64,000 nucleotides of DNA from an uncultured Nitrososphaeria archaeon (lineage in GTDB: Archaea; Thermoproteota; Nitrososphaeria; Geothermarchaeales; JDFR-13), in contig CAYTHX010000008.1 in assembly GCA_964437705.1 (NCBI GenBank), positions 7,590-71,589 on the forward strand, in the 5' to 3' direction. How positions within the stretch are numbered: position 1 is the first letter of the stretch; the number at the start of each line of letters is the position of its first letter. The notes below the pieces were generated by a model. That model was given only the letters and a program-made list of their open reading frames with translations. It searched no databases and was not told where the DNA came from. Shown here one piece after another: positions 1 to 8,919 of this stretch. Position numbers and translations under genes: made by a program.

Positions 1-915
1 ATTTTCTGAGAAAGAGTCTATTGTATTTATGATTGCTTGGTAACTTTTCATCGTTTCTTTAGGAATATTTCTTTTTTGTTGAATTACTGGGAATACCTCA
101 ACATATTTATCTAGTATTGTGTTAAGGGAATTAATTAGTTTTTTAAAGTTATCTATGCAGTTAAATAATGATATTAGTCCATGTGTATGTATAGAGTGTC
201 TAGATAATAGAGTTATCCTCATACCCTCCTGAACGTAGGATATAGTTGCAATTTCACTATCTCTATCTAATTTGTCTATCAATTTAATTGTCATAATCAC
301 TATTAATGTTGATGATGGAGCTTTTCCTATCCTACTTATTATATAGAAGAGCTTTTTATGCATATTTGAATCAATAGTCGTAATCGTTGGTGGAATAGTT
401 AGGTATATTGAGGGATCTTTTTTACCCATATATACCCTTGATAGCGTAGCACCAATTAAAGAAAGGATAATTTGATTATAATCCAGTTTAAATTCTGGTT
501 TTCTACCTGATTTTCCTCCCATTGAGGACATCCCACGTTCAAACTCGTAGAAATTTATTTTTAATAATGATGGAGGAGTTGATAGCGGAGCATCTGGAAA
601 TTCTTTTAGATTTCTAATTAACGTAACATATCCATTAATTAAAGGGCCGATTCTTCTATCCTCCGTGTTGGTGACTTTTAACCATGACATTATGTTTTTT
701 ATTATATGGGTAATATCATTTATAGTTAAGTTATATGGTCTTTTGTTACCTAGTTCTTTAGAAAGCTTCATCAGAGCTTTGCACAATCTTTCTGGGTCTT
801 CTATTTTTACCTTATTTTCTATTCTTTGTATCCCATGTGGTTGTAGATAACATACAGTAACATTAAATAATTCGTATGCAAAAGTTCCTGTTGGAGGAAA
901 ATTTATATACTCCAC
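1..915 (-). CDS. Partial CDS (N-terminal 305 codons, continues beyond window start) of an unidentified cas-operon protein, candidate type I-A large subunit (Cas8a-like); no helicase Walker A seen, so not called Cas3
   Basis: Reverse-complement of 1-915 translated by hand is open throughout. Putative GTG start at 915-913 overlaps the cas5 stop by 1 nt (operon coupling). Not in ORF track because there is no stop inside the window. Confidence 0.3.
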   Translation of the reverse strand, partial: MEYINFPPTGTFAYELFNVTVCYLQPHGIQRIENKVKIEDPERLCKALMKLSKELGNKRPYNLTINDITHIIKNIMSWLKVTNTEDRRIGPLINGYVTLIRNLKEFPDAPLSTPPSLLKINFYEFERGMSSMGGKSGRKPEFKLDYNQIILSLIGATLSRVYMGKKDPSIYLTIPPTITTIDSNMHKKLFYIISRIGKAPSSTLIVIMTIKLIDKLDRDSEIATISYVQEGMRITLLSRHSIHTHGLISLFNCIDNFKKLINSLNTILDKYVEVFPVIQQKRNIPKETMKSYQAIINTIDSFSEN

Positions 916-1703
916 TAATTATCCCCTCTGTAGGTAACTATCAATTCCCCATCAACATCATATATAACTGCATTTTCCACGTCTATTTTTAATTCCATGG
1001 GTTCTATTTCACCACCAAATATAACATCATATTTATTTACCAAATATTCCATTTCGGTAGGTTTTCTCCTTGATTTACCGACTCTATACGCTTCTATGTC
1101 TTTAAAATCCCAATACGTGACTCTATGATAAGCTTCATTATAGATTTCTAATACATGATTACTTCTTAGGTAATATTGTGTTGATATTTCGTCACTCTCA
1201 ACACTACTTATATCTACAACCCTCACTTTCTCTACTGAAGATATTCCCTCTTTAGAACCAATTCTACTTATTAGAAACGCTGCTTTTTCTAATATGTCAA
1301 TCCACTCTTCATGAACAAGATATATTACCCTTAGTTTACCTTTAATTACATATGTTTTTCCTACTGCTTGTGCAGCAAAAGGAGACAATTTTTGTCTATG
1401 TTGTACTCTAAGATATGGTGAGGATATTACTCTACCTAAATCTTGATAGGGACAAGCAGAGGACTCTATTATCCTACATGTAACATCATATATTCCATTT
1501 AGAATCTTTATCGTAGAACTATAAATCTTTCCATTTTGGACTATAGTTTCAGGATTGCCATTAATTTTATTATAGCCATAAGATAATGCACCGATAAGTG
1601 TAGATGGGGGAGGATATGGATATGGAGATTGCGCTGCAGACTGTTCTGTCTGTCTAACTATAAACCCCCAGTGAAATGTAACGTCAACTTTAAGTGCTTT
1701 CAA
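915..1703 (-). CDS. cas5: CRISPR-associated Cas5 (type I-A Cas5a)
   Basis: N-terminal Cas5 signature ...YPYPPPSTLIGALSYG; TTG start; overlaps cas7 by 14 nt; sits downstream of csa2 as in I-A operons. Confidence 0.8.
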   Translation of the reverse strand: MKALKVDVTFHWGFIVRQTEQSAAQSPYPYPPPSTLIGALSYGYNKINGNPETIVQNGKIYSSTIKILNGIYDVTCRIIESSACPYQDLGRVISSPYLRVQHRQKLSPFAAQAVGKTYVIKGKLRVIYLVHEEWIDILEKAAFLISRIGSKEGISSVEKVRVVDISSVESDEISTQYYLRSNHVLEIYNEAYHRVTYWDFKDIEAYRVGKSRRKPTEMEYLVNKYDVIFGGEIEPMELKIDVENAVIYDVDGELIVTYRGDN

Positions 1704-2766
1704 TCCAGTTTTTCACCGTAGACCAGACTTCATTAAAAAGCTCCTCAACGCTACCAGTTATTCTTTTAATACTTAAACCTTCAACTTCTTCATCCTTGGG
1801 TAATTCTTCCTCCTTAAATGCTGATTTATCTGAAATGTAATAGTAAATCTTTAATTCTAATTCATCACTTAATTTTGTATCACTAAATAGTTCTTTATAG
1901 TCTTTAGCTTTCACTACCGTTGATGATATATATATTTTAGAATGCGGTGGAGACACTGTAAATACTAGCGGTTTTGCCAATGCAACAACTAAACTTTCTA
2001 TCTCCCAATGTGGATTAAATCTACTTCTGTGTCCTCCAAATAAAGGTGAAGCTAATGTTAAATATAGTGCCTTAATAGCTATGTCCACCCTTTTCTTAAA
2101 CTCTTCTTTAAACTTTTCCTCTTCCTTTATGACATTTTCTATTTTGACCATACTTGTTTTTAATATTCCTGATAGCTCCAGATTAGCCATTACACCATAT
2201 AATGCAGAACCAGTATCCACGTAGTAAATTGCCTGTGCAGGTTCCCTAGGCTCTGATGGGGCATATCTAACATGGAATTGAGACTCAACGGCTACATTCT
2301 TAATAGTATCATAAGTAGGAATCATGTAACTAAATTGTATTTTTGATGTTCTCTTAACTGGATCCGAACAATAGTCTCCGCCAGTATATAGAAAGCCTCC
2401 AATATCCTCAACCGTACAATGTTTAATAATCCTCTTTTCAAACTCGTGCGGATCTAACTTTTCATTAAATAATTCTTTATCCTTGTTGGTAAATAGCTCG
2501 TCAGTAGAGTGTTTAATGAACTCCTCCCTACTACAACGTTCACATACTGGAACTCCAACTTCACTAGCTAATTTCGCTAAGGTAGCCTGGTAGCCATGTG
2601 CCAGAGATTCTCCACTAATAGCAGGAACAAAGACAATCTTATATTCATTAGATTCTTGTTTTATTACAACGGGGGCCTTCCTATGCCTAACCATATTACC
2701 TATGGACTCAATCATATTCAATGCTTCTACATTAGCTAAAATTCTAGCAGACAAGCTTAAGAACAT
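1690..2766 (-). CDS. cas7: CRISPR-associated Cas7 (Csa2, type I-A backbone subunit)
   Basis: Strong resemblance to Sulfolobus Csa2: LSARILANVEALNM..GN..HR..PVV, VPAISGESLAHGYQA, GGFLYTGG, FGGHRSRF motifs. Confidence 0.9.
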   Translation of the reverse strand: MFLSLSARILANVEALNMIESIGNMVRHRKAPVVIKQESNEYKIVFVPAISGESLAHGYQATLAKLASEVGVPVCERCSREEFIKHSTDELFTNKDKELFNEKLDPHEFEKRIIKHCTVEDIGGFLYTGGDYCSDPVKRTSKIQFSYMIPTYDTIKNVAVESQFHVRYAPSEPREPAQAIYYVDTGSALYGVMANLELSGILKTSMVKIENVIKEEEKFKEEFKKRVDIAIKALYLTLASPLFGGHRSRFNPHWEIESLVVALAKPLVFTVSPPHSKIYISSTVVKAKDYKELFSDTKLSDELELKIYYYISDKSAFKEEELPKDEEVEGLSIKRITGSVEELFNEVWSTVKNWIEST

Positions 2767-2782
2767 ATTCTCACCCCCCTAT

Positions 2783-3253
2783 TCACTTAGATTTTTCAGA
2801 TTCACGTGAGGCGGGTAAACCATATGCCTTAATAGCGATCTCCCTAGCTAAATCGAGATTGCCTTTCTCAATCTCGTTTAAAAATTTTCTTAGTTCTTCC
2901 TCGGAAGGTATCCCCCTGCACGGAACACAATAGATCTTCTTACCCTTATATCCTCCTTTCCCTCCATAAACCTTTTCAACAGTACCTATTATCACCCTTC
3001 TACTCGGTGGATTATCAATTTTAACATCATACTCACAACAAGTAATCTCTACTTCTTTATTGTTATCTAGCTTTAGTTTTACTCTTAAACTATTATTTCT
3101 CATAGTTTCGGCCAATCGAACAGCTTCATACAACGCTGATTTAATAACATCTGGAGATAGTGCATAAGCAATTTTATCTACTATACTATACCTGCCAGCA
3201 GTAATAAACATGTTAAGTAAATTTATAATTCCCTTATAATTTTCTTCACTCAT
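2783..3253 (-). CDS. csa5: Small subunit Csa5 (Cas11a-like) of type I-A
   Basis: 156-aa ORF immediately upstream of csa2 in the same operon, the canonical Csa5 position. Size is typical; call is by position and size only. Confidence 0.55.
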   Translation of the reverse strand: MSEENYKGIINLLNMFITAGRYSIVDKIAYALSPDVIKSALYEAVRLAETMRNNSLRVKLKLDNNKEVEITCCEYDVKIDNPPSRRVIIGTVEKVYGGKGGYKGKKIYCVPCRGIPSEEELRKFLNEIEKGNLDLAREIAIKAYGLPASRESEKSK

Positions 3254-3416
3254 AAGAATAGATTTATGAAATAAAATATATTAAGGTTAAAATGTAAAAA
3301 AGATGAAAATTTTCATTTAAAAATAGAAATGAAAAAATCTCTACAAAAATATTTTTACTTTACTTAGGTAGTTAATTAGTAGATAATTCATTTTTTAAAA
3401 TGATCATTAACAATCG
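3254..3416 (-). promoter_or_regulatory. AT-rich intergenic region, presumed promoter of the csa5-cas7-cas5 interference operon
   Basis: 163-bp very AT-rich gap between the cas4 stop and csa5 start, with TTTAAAAAT/TTAATATATTTTAT TATA-like stretches on the minus strand. Confidence 0.35.
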
Positions 3417-4022
3417 TCACACTTTTCTGCATATCCATTGCCATCCGCATCCGTGGCATTTTTTGGTTTGTTTGTATTGTGGTATTTTTTCTTCGTTTAG
3501 TATTTTGTTTATTTGTTTTATTGTCCAGATTACGTGTTTTTTCATGTGTTCTGTTATTGGTATTTCGAAGGTTTTTTGTGATGGTAGGTATTTTAGTATG
3601 ATTTTTCTTATTGGTTTGTTTATTTTTTCTTCTGCTAGCATTGCGTATGCTATTGCTTGGTATATGTGTCCTGGTGGTGGCTTTCTTGATGGATATGCAT
3701 GTTTTACTTCAACGATAGCTAGCTCTTTTCCTGTATCTATTACCTCGTCTACTACACCTATTATTCCCAATCTTTCTGACGCTACTTCAAGTTTTCTCCA
3801 CCTCTGTTTTACTGGTATTTTTCTGTGTTTATCTAGTGTTTTTCTCCTTCTTCCCTTTATATCCTCTTTTATATGTGATTCTTTTCCTTCTAGCATGCTT
3901 TCTGTGGTTCTTTCCTCTACTCCTAATACTCCTAGGAAATATATTATTCTTGGGCAGTAGTGGTACTGTTTTATCCATGTTACTGGTATTAATTCTTTTT
4001 CTTCTTCAGACAAGGTACTCAC
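3417..4022 (-). CDS. cas4: CRISPR-associated Cas4 (RecB-like nuclease with 4-Cys cluster)
   Basis: N-terminal QYHYCPR motif and C-terminal CHGCGWQWIC cysteine cluster; GTG start; overlaps cas2 3' end by 17 nt. Confidence 0.85.
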   Translation of the reverse strand: MSTLSEEEKELIPVTWIKQYHYCPRIIYFLGVLGVEERTTESMLEGKESHIKEDIKGRRRKTLDKHRKIPVKQRWRKLEVASERLGIIGVVDEVIDTGKELAIVEVKHAYPSRKPPPGHIYQAIAYAMLAEEKINKPIRKIILKYLPSQKTFEIPITEHMKKHVIWTIKQINKILNEEKIPQYKQTKKCHGCGWQWICRKV

Positions 4023-4296
4023 TTAGATCGCGTGTATATTCTGGATATGGTTTTCCTAGAGTTACTTTTAGGGATAAATCTGCTCTACAAATTACAAATA
4101 TTTGAATATTTCCATCTGCATCTCCTAATACTCTTCTTAATGCTGCTATAAGCTCTTTTCTTGCTGCACTTGTTATATTTCCCATAAATGCGCTTCTCTG
4201 TATTCTCGATAATCCGAATCGCTTACATATATCGCTTACTCTTGACCTAATATCATCATCTGAGATATCATATATAACTAGTGTATGTATTTTTAT
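4006..4296 (-). CDS. cas2: CRISPR-associated Cas2 (not in ORF track: no ATG/GTG/TTG start)
   Basis: Hand translation of the minus strand gives IKIHTLVIYDISDDDIRSRVSDICKRFGLSRIQRSAFMGNITSAARKELIAALRRVLGDADGNIQIFVICRADLSLKVTLGKPYPEYTRDLSEYLV*, a typical Cas2. It is in the same frame as cas1 and separated only by the cas1 TGA stop. The first codon after the stop is ATA. Confidence 0.7.
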   Translation of the reverse strand: MKIHTLVIYDISDDDIRSRVSDICKRFGLSRIQRSAFMGNITSAARKELIAALRRVLGDADGNIQIFVICRADLSLKVTLGKPYPEYTRDLSEYLV

Positions 4297-5310
4297 TCAC
4301 CTCTCGATATATGGTTCATATCTAGGAGCTTTATCCATTATAAATAGGGCTAGTCTTCTAGCTTGAAGTAAAATATGATCAATTATAGGTACACTTCTAT
4401 TCTTAAAAGTGACTTTTTCATCTAACCTCTCATAAAATGCTTTAATAACATCCCATCTTGCATCTCTACTTAACCTTCCATCACGAATTATCTTATTGAG
4501 ATCTAAACGTCTTATTAACCTTAGTACTACTCTATCGACAACTGGTTGCCTAAACTCTTCCATTAAATCCATAACTAAAGCTGGTCTTCTTGAGGAATCT
4601 TCATGTAAAAAACCCATATATGGCTCAAGTCCACTACACTCCACAGCAAGCAACACCTCTCCAGCTAGTAATCCATATCCATAATTAAGAAGGATATTTA
4701 CGGGATCCTTTGGTCTATCATATCTCTTTTTTCTCCCTGGAAATCCTACATCTTCTGGAAGTAGTAATCTAAATCCTTTCCAGTATGCCTCTGCAGCTTC
4801 AGCCTCGATACGTATAACTTCAAATCGAAGTTTCTTTAAATCATCATATTCTAGCCCTTTAACAATACGCTGAAATTTTGATAATTCCGCAGATATTTCT
4901 AGTAATTTTTTAGCTACATCAGGATTTATTCTTAACCTTGCCTTAGCTGCATGATAAATAATTGCTTTTTGATTTCCTATTTTAGCCCAAATAATTCTCT
5001 TGACAATATGTGCACACTTCCAACTATTCTGTGCATCTCTCTGCATCTTCTTTAACTTAATAGCTCCACCTTTAATAGGAAATGCTCTAATAACTGGAAA
5101 ACCTACACTTGAATATACTATTAGTGGTATTTTATGTGTCGCTAATAACCTTAGTAGTGCTGTTGAAATTGATGCTCCTCTAGTAGTAACAATTACCCTA
5201 GTAATTTGGGCTGGAGAGACCTCACCAACCTTATTACCCTTCTCCCTAATAATTATCATTCCCCTCTTAACTCCTACAAACATTCCAGGCTTATTAATTA
5301 GCAATCTCAT
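4297..5310 (-). CDS. cas1: CRISPR-associated Cas1 integrase
   Basis: 337 aa, Cas1-like throughout (…GFLHEDSSRRPALVMDLMEEFR…); ATGA overlap with upstream csa1. Confidence 0.9.
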   Translation of the reverse strand: MRLLINKPGMFVGVKRGMIIIREKGNKVGEVSPAQITRVIVTTRGASISTALLRLLATHKIPLIVYSSVGFPVIRAFPIKGGAIKLKKMQRDAQNSWKCAHIVKRIIWAKIGNQKAIIYHAAKARLRINPDVAKKLLEISAELSKFQRIVKGLEYDDLKKLRFEVIRIEAEAAEAYWKGFRLLLPEDVGFPGRKKRYDRPKDPVNILLNYGYGLLAGEVLLAVECSGLEPYMGFLHEDSSRRPALVMDLMEEFRQPVVDRVVLRLIRRLDLNKIIRDGRLSRDARWDVIKAFYERLDEKVTFKNRSVPIIDHILLQARRLALFIMDKAPRYEPYIER

Positions 5311-6287
5311 TGTAATCTCTCCTTACTACAAACTGGGTAGTAGGGACAGTAACTCGGGCATCTAGAAGGTTTACCAGGATCTCTACCTACCTCAAGAATA
5401 GCATATGCCTCATCCCTTATATCCAGAAACTCTCTTCTTAATTCGTCACCAACAACGAAGCATCTTACCCTAAATCTAGGAACATTATTAATTACTTTTA
5501 CGTAAATTATTAATCCATAATCAATCGGAATATTTTCTTCAGCCTCTAGCGCTAATGCATAACCAGCAATTGTTAGTGGATGGAAAGCTCGAATTTCTCC
5601 AGTTTTTAGATCTGCAATAGCATTATAAGGAGTATAGATATCTACACTTAATTCACTACTTAATCCAATTAAACTTCCATCAACTTTACGCTCAATCACA
5701 GGGGGAACAGCTATACTAACAATAGAATCAGAAGTTGCATGAGGATACTTAGATAATGTATTATCAATTTTAGCGGCAGCCTGAATAACTAGGAATTTAT
5801 AAAGGGATAAAGCTTCATTTCGAAGCATATCTTGCTCTTCACTAGTTATTTTATTAAAGATAAAGCTAGCATCATTAATACACTTAGAAACTACATCATC
5901 AGCTCTCGGCAATAGGTATTCTGCAACTTCATAACCAGCTACACCAGAAAACCTATCAAAAAGAAGCTTCTTAACCTCAAATAATACTCTATGACAAATA
6001 TTATGAAAGATTAATCCACGTGCTAACTTAACACTAGGTGGCGGCTGTATTCTACAAATCCTACGCAAATAGATATCTCTAAGTGTTTCACAATATCTAC
6101 CAGCAATCTCACTAACACCTAAGTACTTACTATCACTTGGAGGTTGAACTGGAGGACTATCGAAAGACCAACCACGTAAATCCTCACTAATTCCCCTCGC
6201 CTCAATCTCTTTCCTTAATAACCTAAATCTCCTATCTAAATCAAGCCTATCTAAGAAAAACATCAACAAAATAAATAATAATATCAA
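5307..6287 (-). CDS. csa1: Csa1 (RecB/Cas4-like nuclease of the type I-A adaptation module)
   Basis: 326 aa immediately upstream of cas1 in the operon; C-terminal cysteine cluster CPSYCPYYPVC. N-terminal 20 aa (MILLFILLMFFLD..) look atypical, so the exact start is uncertain. Confidence 0.65.
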   Translation of the reverse strand: MILLFILLMFFLDRLDLDRRFRLLRKEIEARGISEDLRGWSFDSPPVQPPSDSKYLGVSEIAGRYCETLRDIYLRRICRIQPPPSVKLARGLIFHNICHRVLFEVKKLLFDRFSGVAGYEVAEYLLPRADDVVSKCINDASFIFNKITSEEQDMLRNEALSLYKFLVIQAAAKIDNTLSKYPHATSDSIVSIAVPPVIERKVDGSLIGLSSELSVDIYTPYNAIADLKTGEIRAFHPLTIAGYALALEAEENIPIDYGLIIYVKVINNVPRFRVRCFVVGDELRREFLDIRDEAYAILEVGRDPGKPSRCPSYCPYYPVCSKERLQ

Positions 6288-6411
6288 AAATAAAGTTTAA
6301 TTTTCGTGACTCACTATAAGGTATACTACAATTCTCATACTCACGAAAAATCAAAATTAAAATAGTCTAAAACACAAAATAATTCATAGAAAATAGGCAC
6401 AAAGAAACTCG
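6288..6411 (+). promoter_or_regulatory. CRISPR leader, shared with the csa1 promoter
   Basis: AT-rich 124 bp between the csa1 start and the first, conserved repeat. The degenerate terminal repeat is at the other end of the array, which places the leader here. Confidence 0.5.
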
Positions 6412-8795
6412 GATCTCATAAAGAGAATTGAAATTTAAGCTCCGTCATAATCCCATTCCCCCAAACATACTTCCACAAGATCTCATAAAGAGAATTGAAA
6501 TATAACGATGGATAAAGCATTATGTGCCACGTTTGGAAGATCTCATAAAGAGAATTGAAATAATTCTATTAATGCGGTTTTGAAGGAGTCTCTACTTATT
6601 GATCTCATAAAGAGAATTGAAATTGGATTCCAATCTATAAGCCTTTTCATCAACTCATAGTCGTGATCTCATAAAGAGAATTGAAATTCTCATAAAAACA
6701 AAAAAGCTTACACTCTTTTTTTAACTGTTTGATCTCATAAAGAGAATTGAAATTTTACATTACGACCTCCGCAGCCTCTTTACGTTTTTCCTCGGATCTC
6801 ATAAAGAGAATTGAAATTGTGAAATCTCTGCTTAACTCATTAACATACTGACCGAGATCTCATAAAGAGAATTGAAATCTAATGTAAGCTTCTTAGGATT
6901 TATTGGATTAGGCTTTGTTGATCTCATAAAGAGAATTGAAATTTCAACCTTTCCAATACGGAATCTCTTCGGCAGCATATTAGATCGATCTCATAAAGAG
7001 AATTGAAATGGTGGATATGTTAAATTGTTTGCATCCGTGAGATATCCCGCAAGATCTCATAAAGAGAATTGAAATCTTGAGAAACTAAAATAGGGATGAT
7101 GAGCTTAACCACTTGGGATCTCATAAAGAGAATTGAAATTATATTATCGTAGAGATATCGCTATATTTATCTTTTGATCTCAGATCTCATAAAGAGAATT
7201 GAAATTGTAGTAGTCATATTGATATTCCATCCTTGCTCTTTCCGATCTCATAAAGAGAATTGAAATGCCGATGTCCTCGCGAGATTTGATAATCAACACA
7301 ACGCTGATCTCATAAAGAGAATTGAAATTACTTCGAGGCAGGCGTAAGATCTCCACAGAAAGATGATCTCATAAAGAGAATTGAAATATTTGTAAGATCC
7401 CCAAATGCACCCGAGATTTTTTCTTCTAATGATCTCATAAAGAGAATTGAAATAGGTTATGATGAAGCAAGGGTCAAGGCCTTAGCTGATATTTTGGATC
7501 TCATAAAGAGAATTGAAATCTAAAAACAATACGAAATTTGGATACTGTAAATGTTGTTCGATCTCATAAAGAGAATTGAAATGAAAATACATCTCAATCA
7601 ACTTACCCACAAGAAATAACAGATCTCATAAAGAGAATTGAAATTCAGTATAGAAGTTTCCAAAGTTTCCTCACCAGGAAACTTGGATCTCATAAAGAGA
7701 ATTGAAATATATTAATAACCTTCCTATCAAAATATTTTTTCTTCTGGCGATCTCATAAAGAGAATTGAAATAAACGTATAATAGGTGTGCACGAAGAAAA
7801 AGGAAGAACAATAATGATCTCATAAAGAGAATTGAAATATCAAGAATTGGCGATACCGTTATTCTCCCATCTCTTCTAGATCTCATAAAGAGAATTGAAA
7901 TCGGTGTTTACGGCTCCTACGATCATTTCAACTATCCAGCTGATCTCATAAAGAGAATTGAAATATACTCTAGTCTTTTTATCATATTTCTAATTGTCTT
8001 CATTATGATCTCATAAAGAGAATTGAAATGCACTTACATTATATGGCGCATTCTTAAGCGGTAAAGAGATCGGATCTCATAAAGAGAATTGAAATTTTAA
8101 TAAGATGCTTTAAATTCAAGGTCTATGATCCTGATAGATCTCATAAAGAGAATTGAAATTGAATCCCAATTGTTTATATGGTATATGTGGATTATTATGC
8201 ATAGATCTCATAAAGAGAATTGAAATAAAAGTTATATTAAGGCTACTTAGCGGGGTAAACACATATGATCTCATAAAGAGAATTGAAATTGACTTTCTTT
8301 ATTTTTACTTTTACAATGTCACCTTCCTTTAGGATCTCATAAAGAGAATTGAAATATATTAATAACCTTCCTATCAAAATATTTTTTCTTCTGGCGATCT
8401 CATAAAGAGAATTGAAATTAGTACAAGGTCACATACTATTGACTTTTTCCTTAGCATATTGATCTCATAAAGAGAATTGAAATACAATAAAACCAACTAT
8501 AAAACCCCGCCTCATCAAAAAGATCTCATAAAGAGAATTGAAATTGATATAAAATGCATCTCTGTTATGCTATCGAAATCTATCGGATCTCATAAAGAGA
8601 ATTGAAATGAGTGTTGATTATTTGTCTTAGCTCGGTAAGGTCATTTAGATCTCATAAAGAGAATTGAAATAGTTCTAGCTCTAACCTTTTTGGTAATGCT
8701 TGTACTATTGATCTCATAAAGAGAATTGAAATTGACATAGTCAGCGACAATCACACCTACTACTATCACACAGATCTCATAAAGAGAATTGAAAG
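6412..8795 (+). CRISPR. CRISPR array, 38 repeats and 37 spacers; repeat GATCTCATAAAGAGAATTGAAAT (23 nt), spacers 36-44 nt
   Basis: Every repeat position was located by eye (first 6412-6434, last 8773-8795). Plus orientation matches the Sulfolobales family repeat (…GAATTGAAAG). The last repeat ends in G instead of T, marking the leader-distal end. Confidence 0.98.
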
Positions 8796-8919
8796 TTGTG
8801 CTTAACTAATTCCTTAATATTTCTATATAGTTTTTATGTTTATTTTGTGTTTTTTGTATGATTTATTTTGTTGTTTTATGTTTATTTGTAATACTTTTTA
8901 ATGTTTTTAGGTTTGGTAA

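Noticed and set aside
665-850. 61-aa plus-strand ORF
   Set aside because: It is embedded antisense within the 305-codon open minus-strand cas-operon ORF, which has no stop across 1-915.
1-915. Possibility that the partial ORF after cas5 is Cas3' helicase, as in Sulfolobus islandicus I-A loci
   Set aside because: No Walker A (GxxxxGK[ST]) or DExH motif occurs in 305 N-terminal residues, whereas Cas3' carries motif I near its N-terminus. It was therefore left as an unidentified, possibly Cas8a-like, cas gene.
3400-4105. Plus-strand ORFs of 186 aa and 89 aa overlapping cas4 and cas2
   Set aside because: They are antisense to well-supported Cas4/Cas2 coding sequence and translate to low-complexity hydrophobic products (FFFLL…), so they are spurious.
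7671-7886. 71-aa minus-strand ORF inside the CRISPR array
   Set aside because: It lies entirely within repeat-spacer units and its reading frame is generated by the repeats, so it is an ORF-finder artefact.
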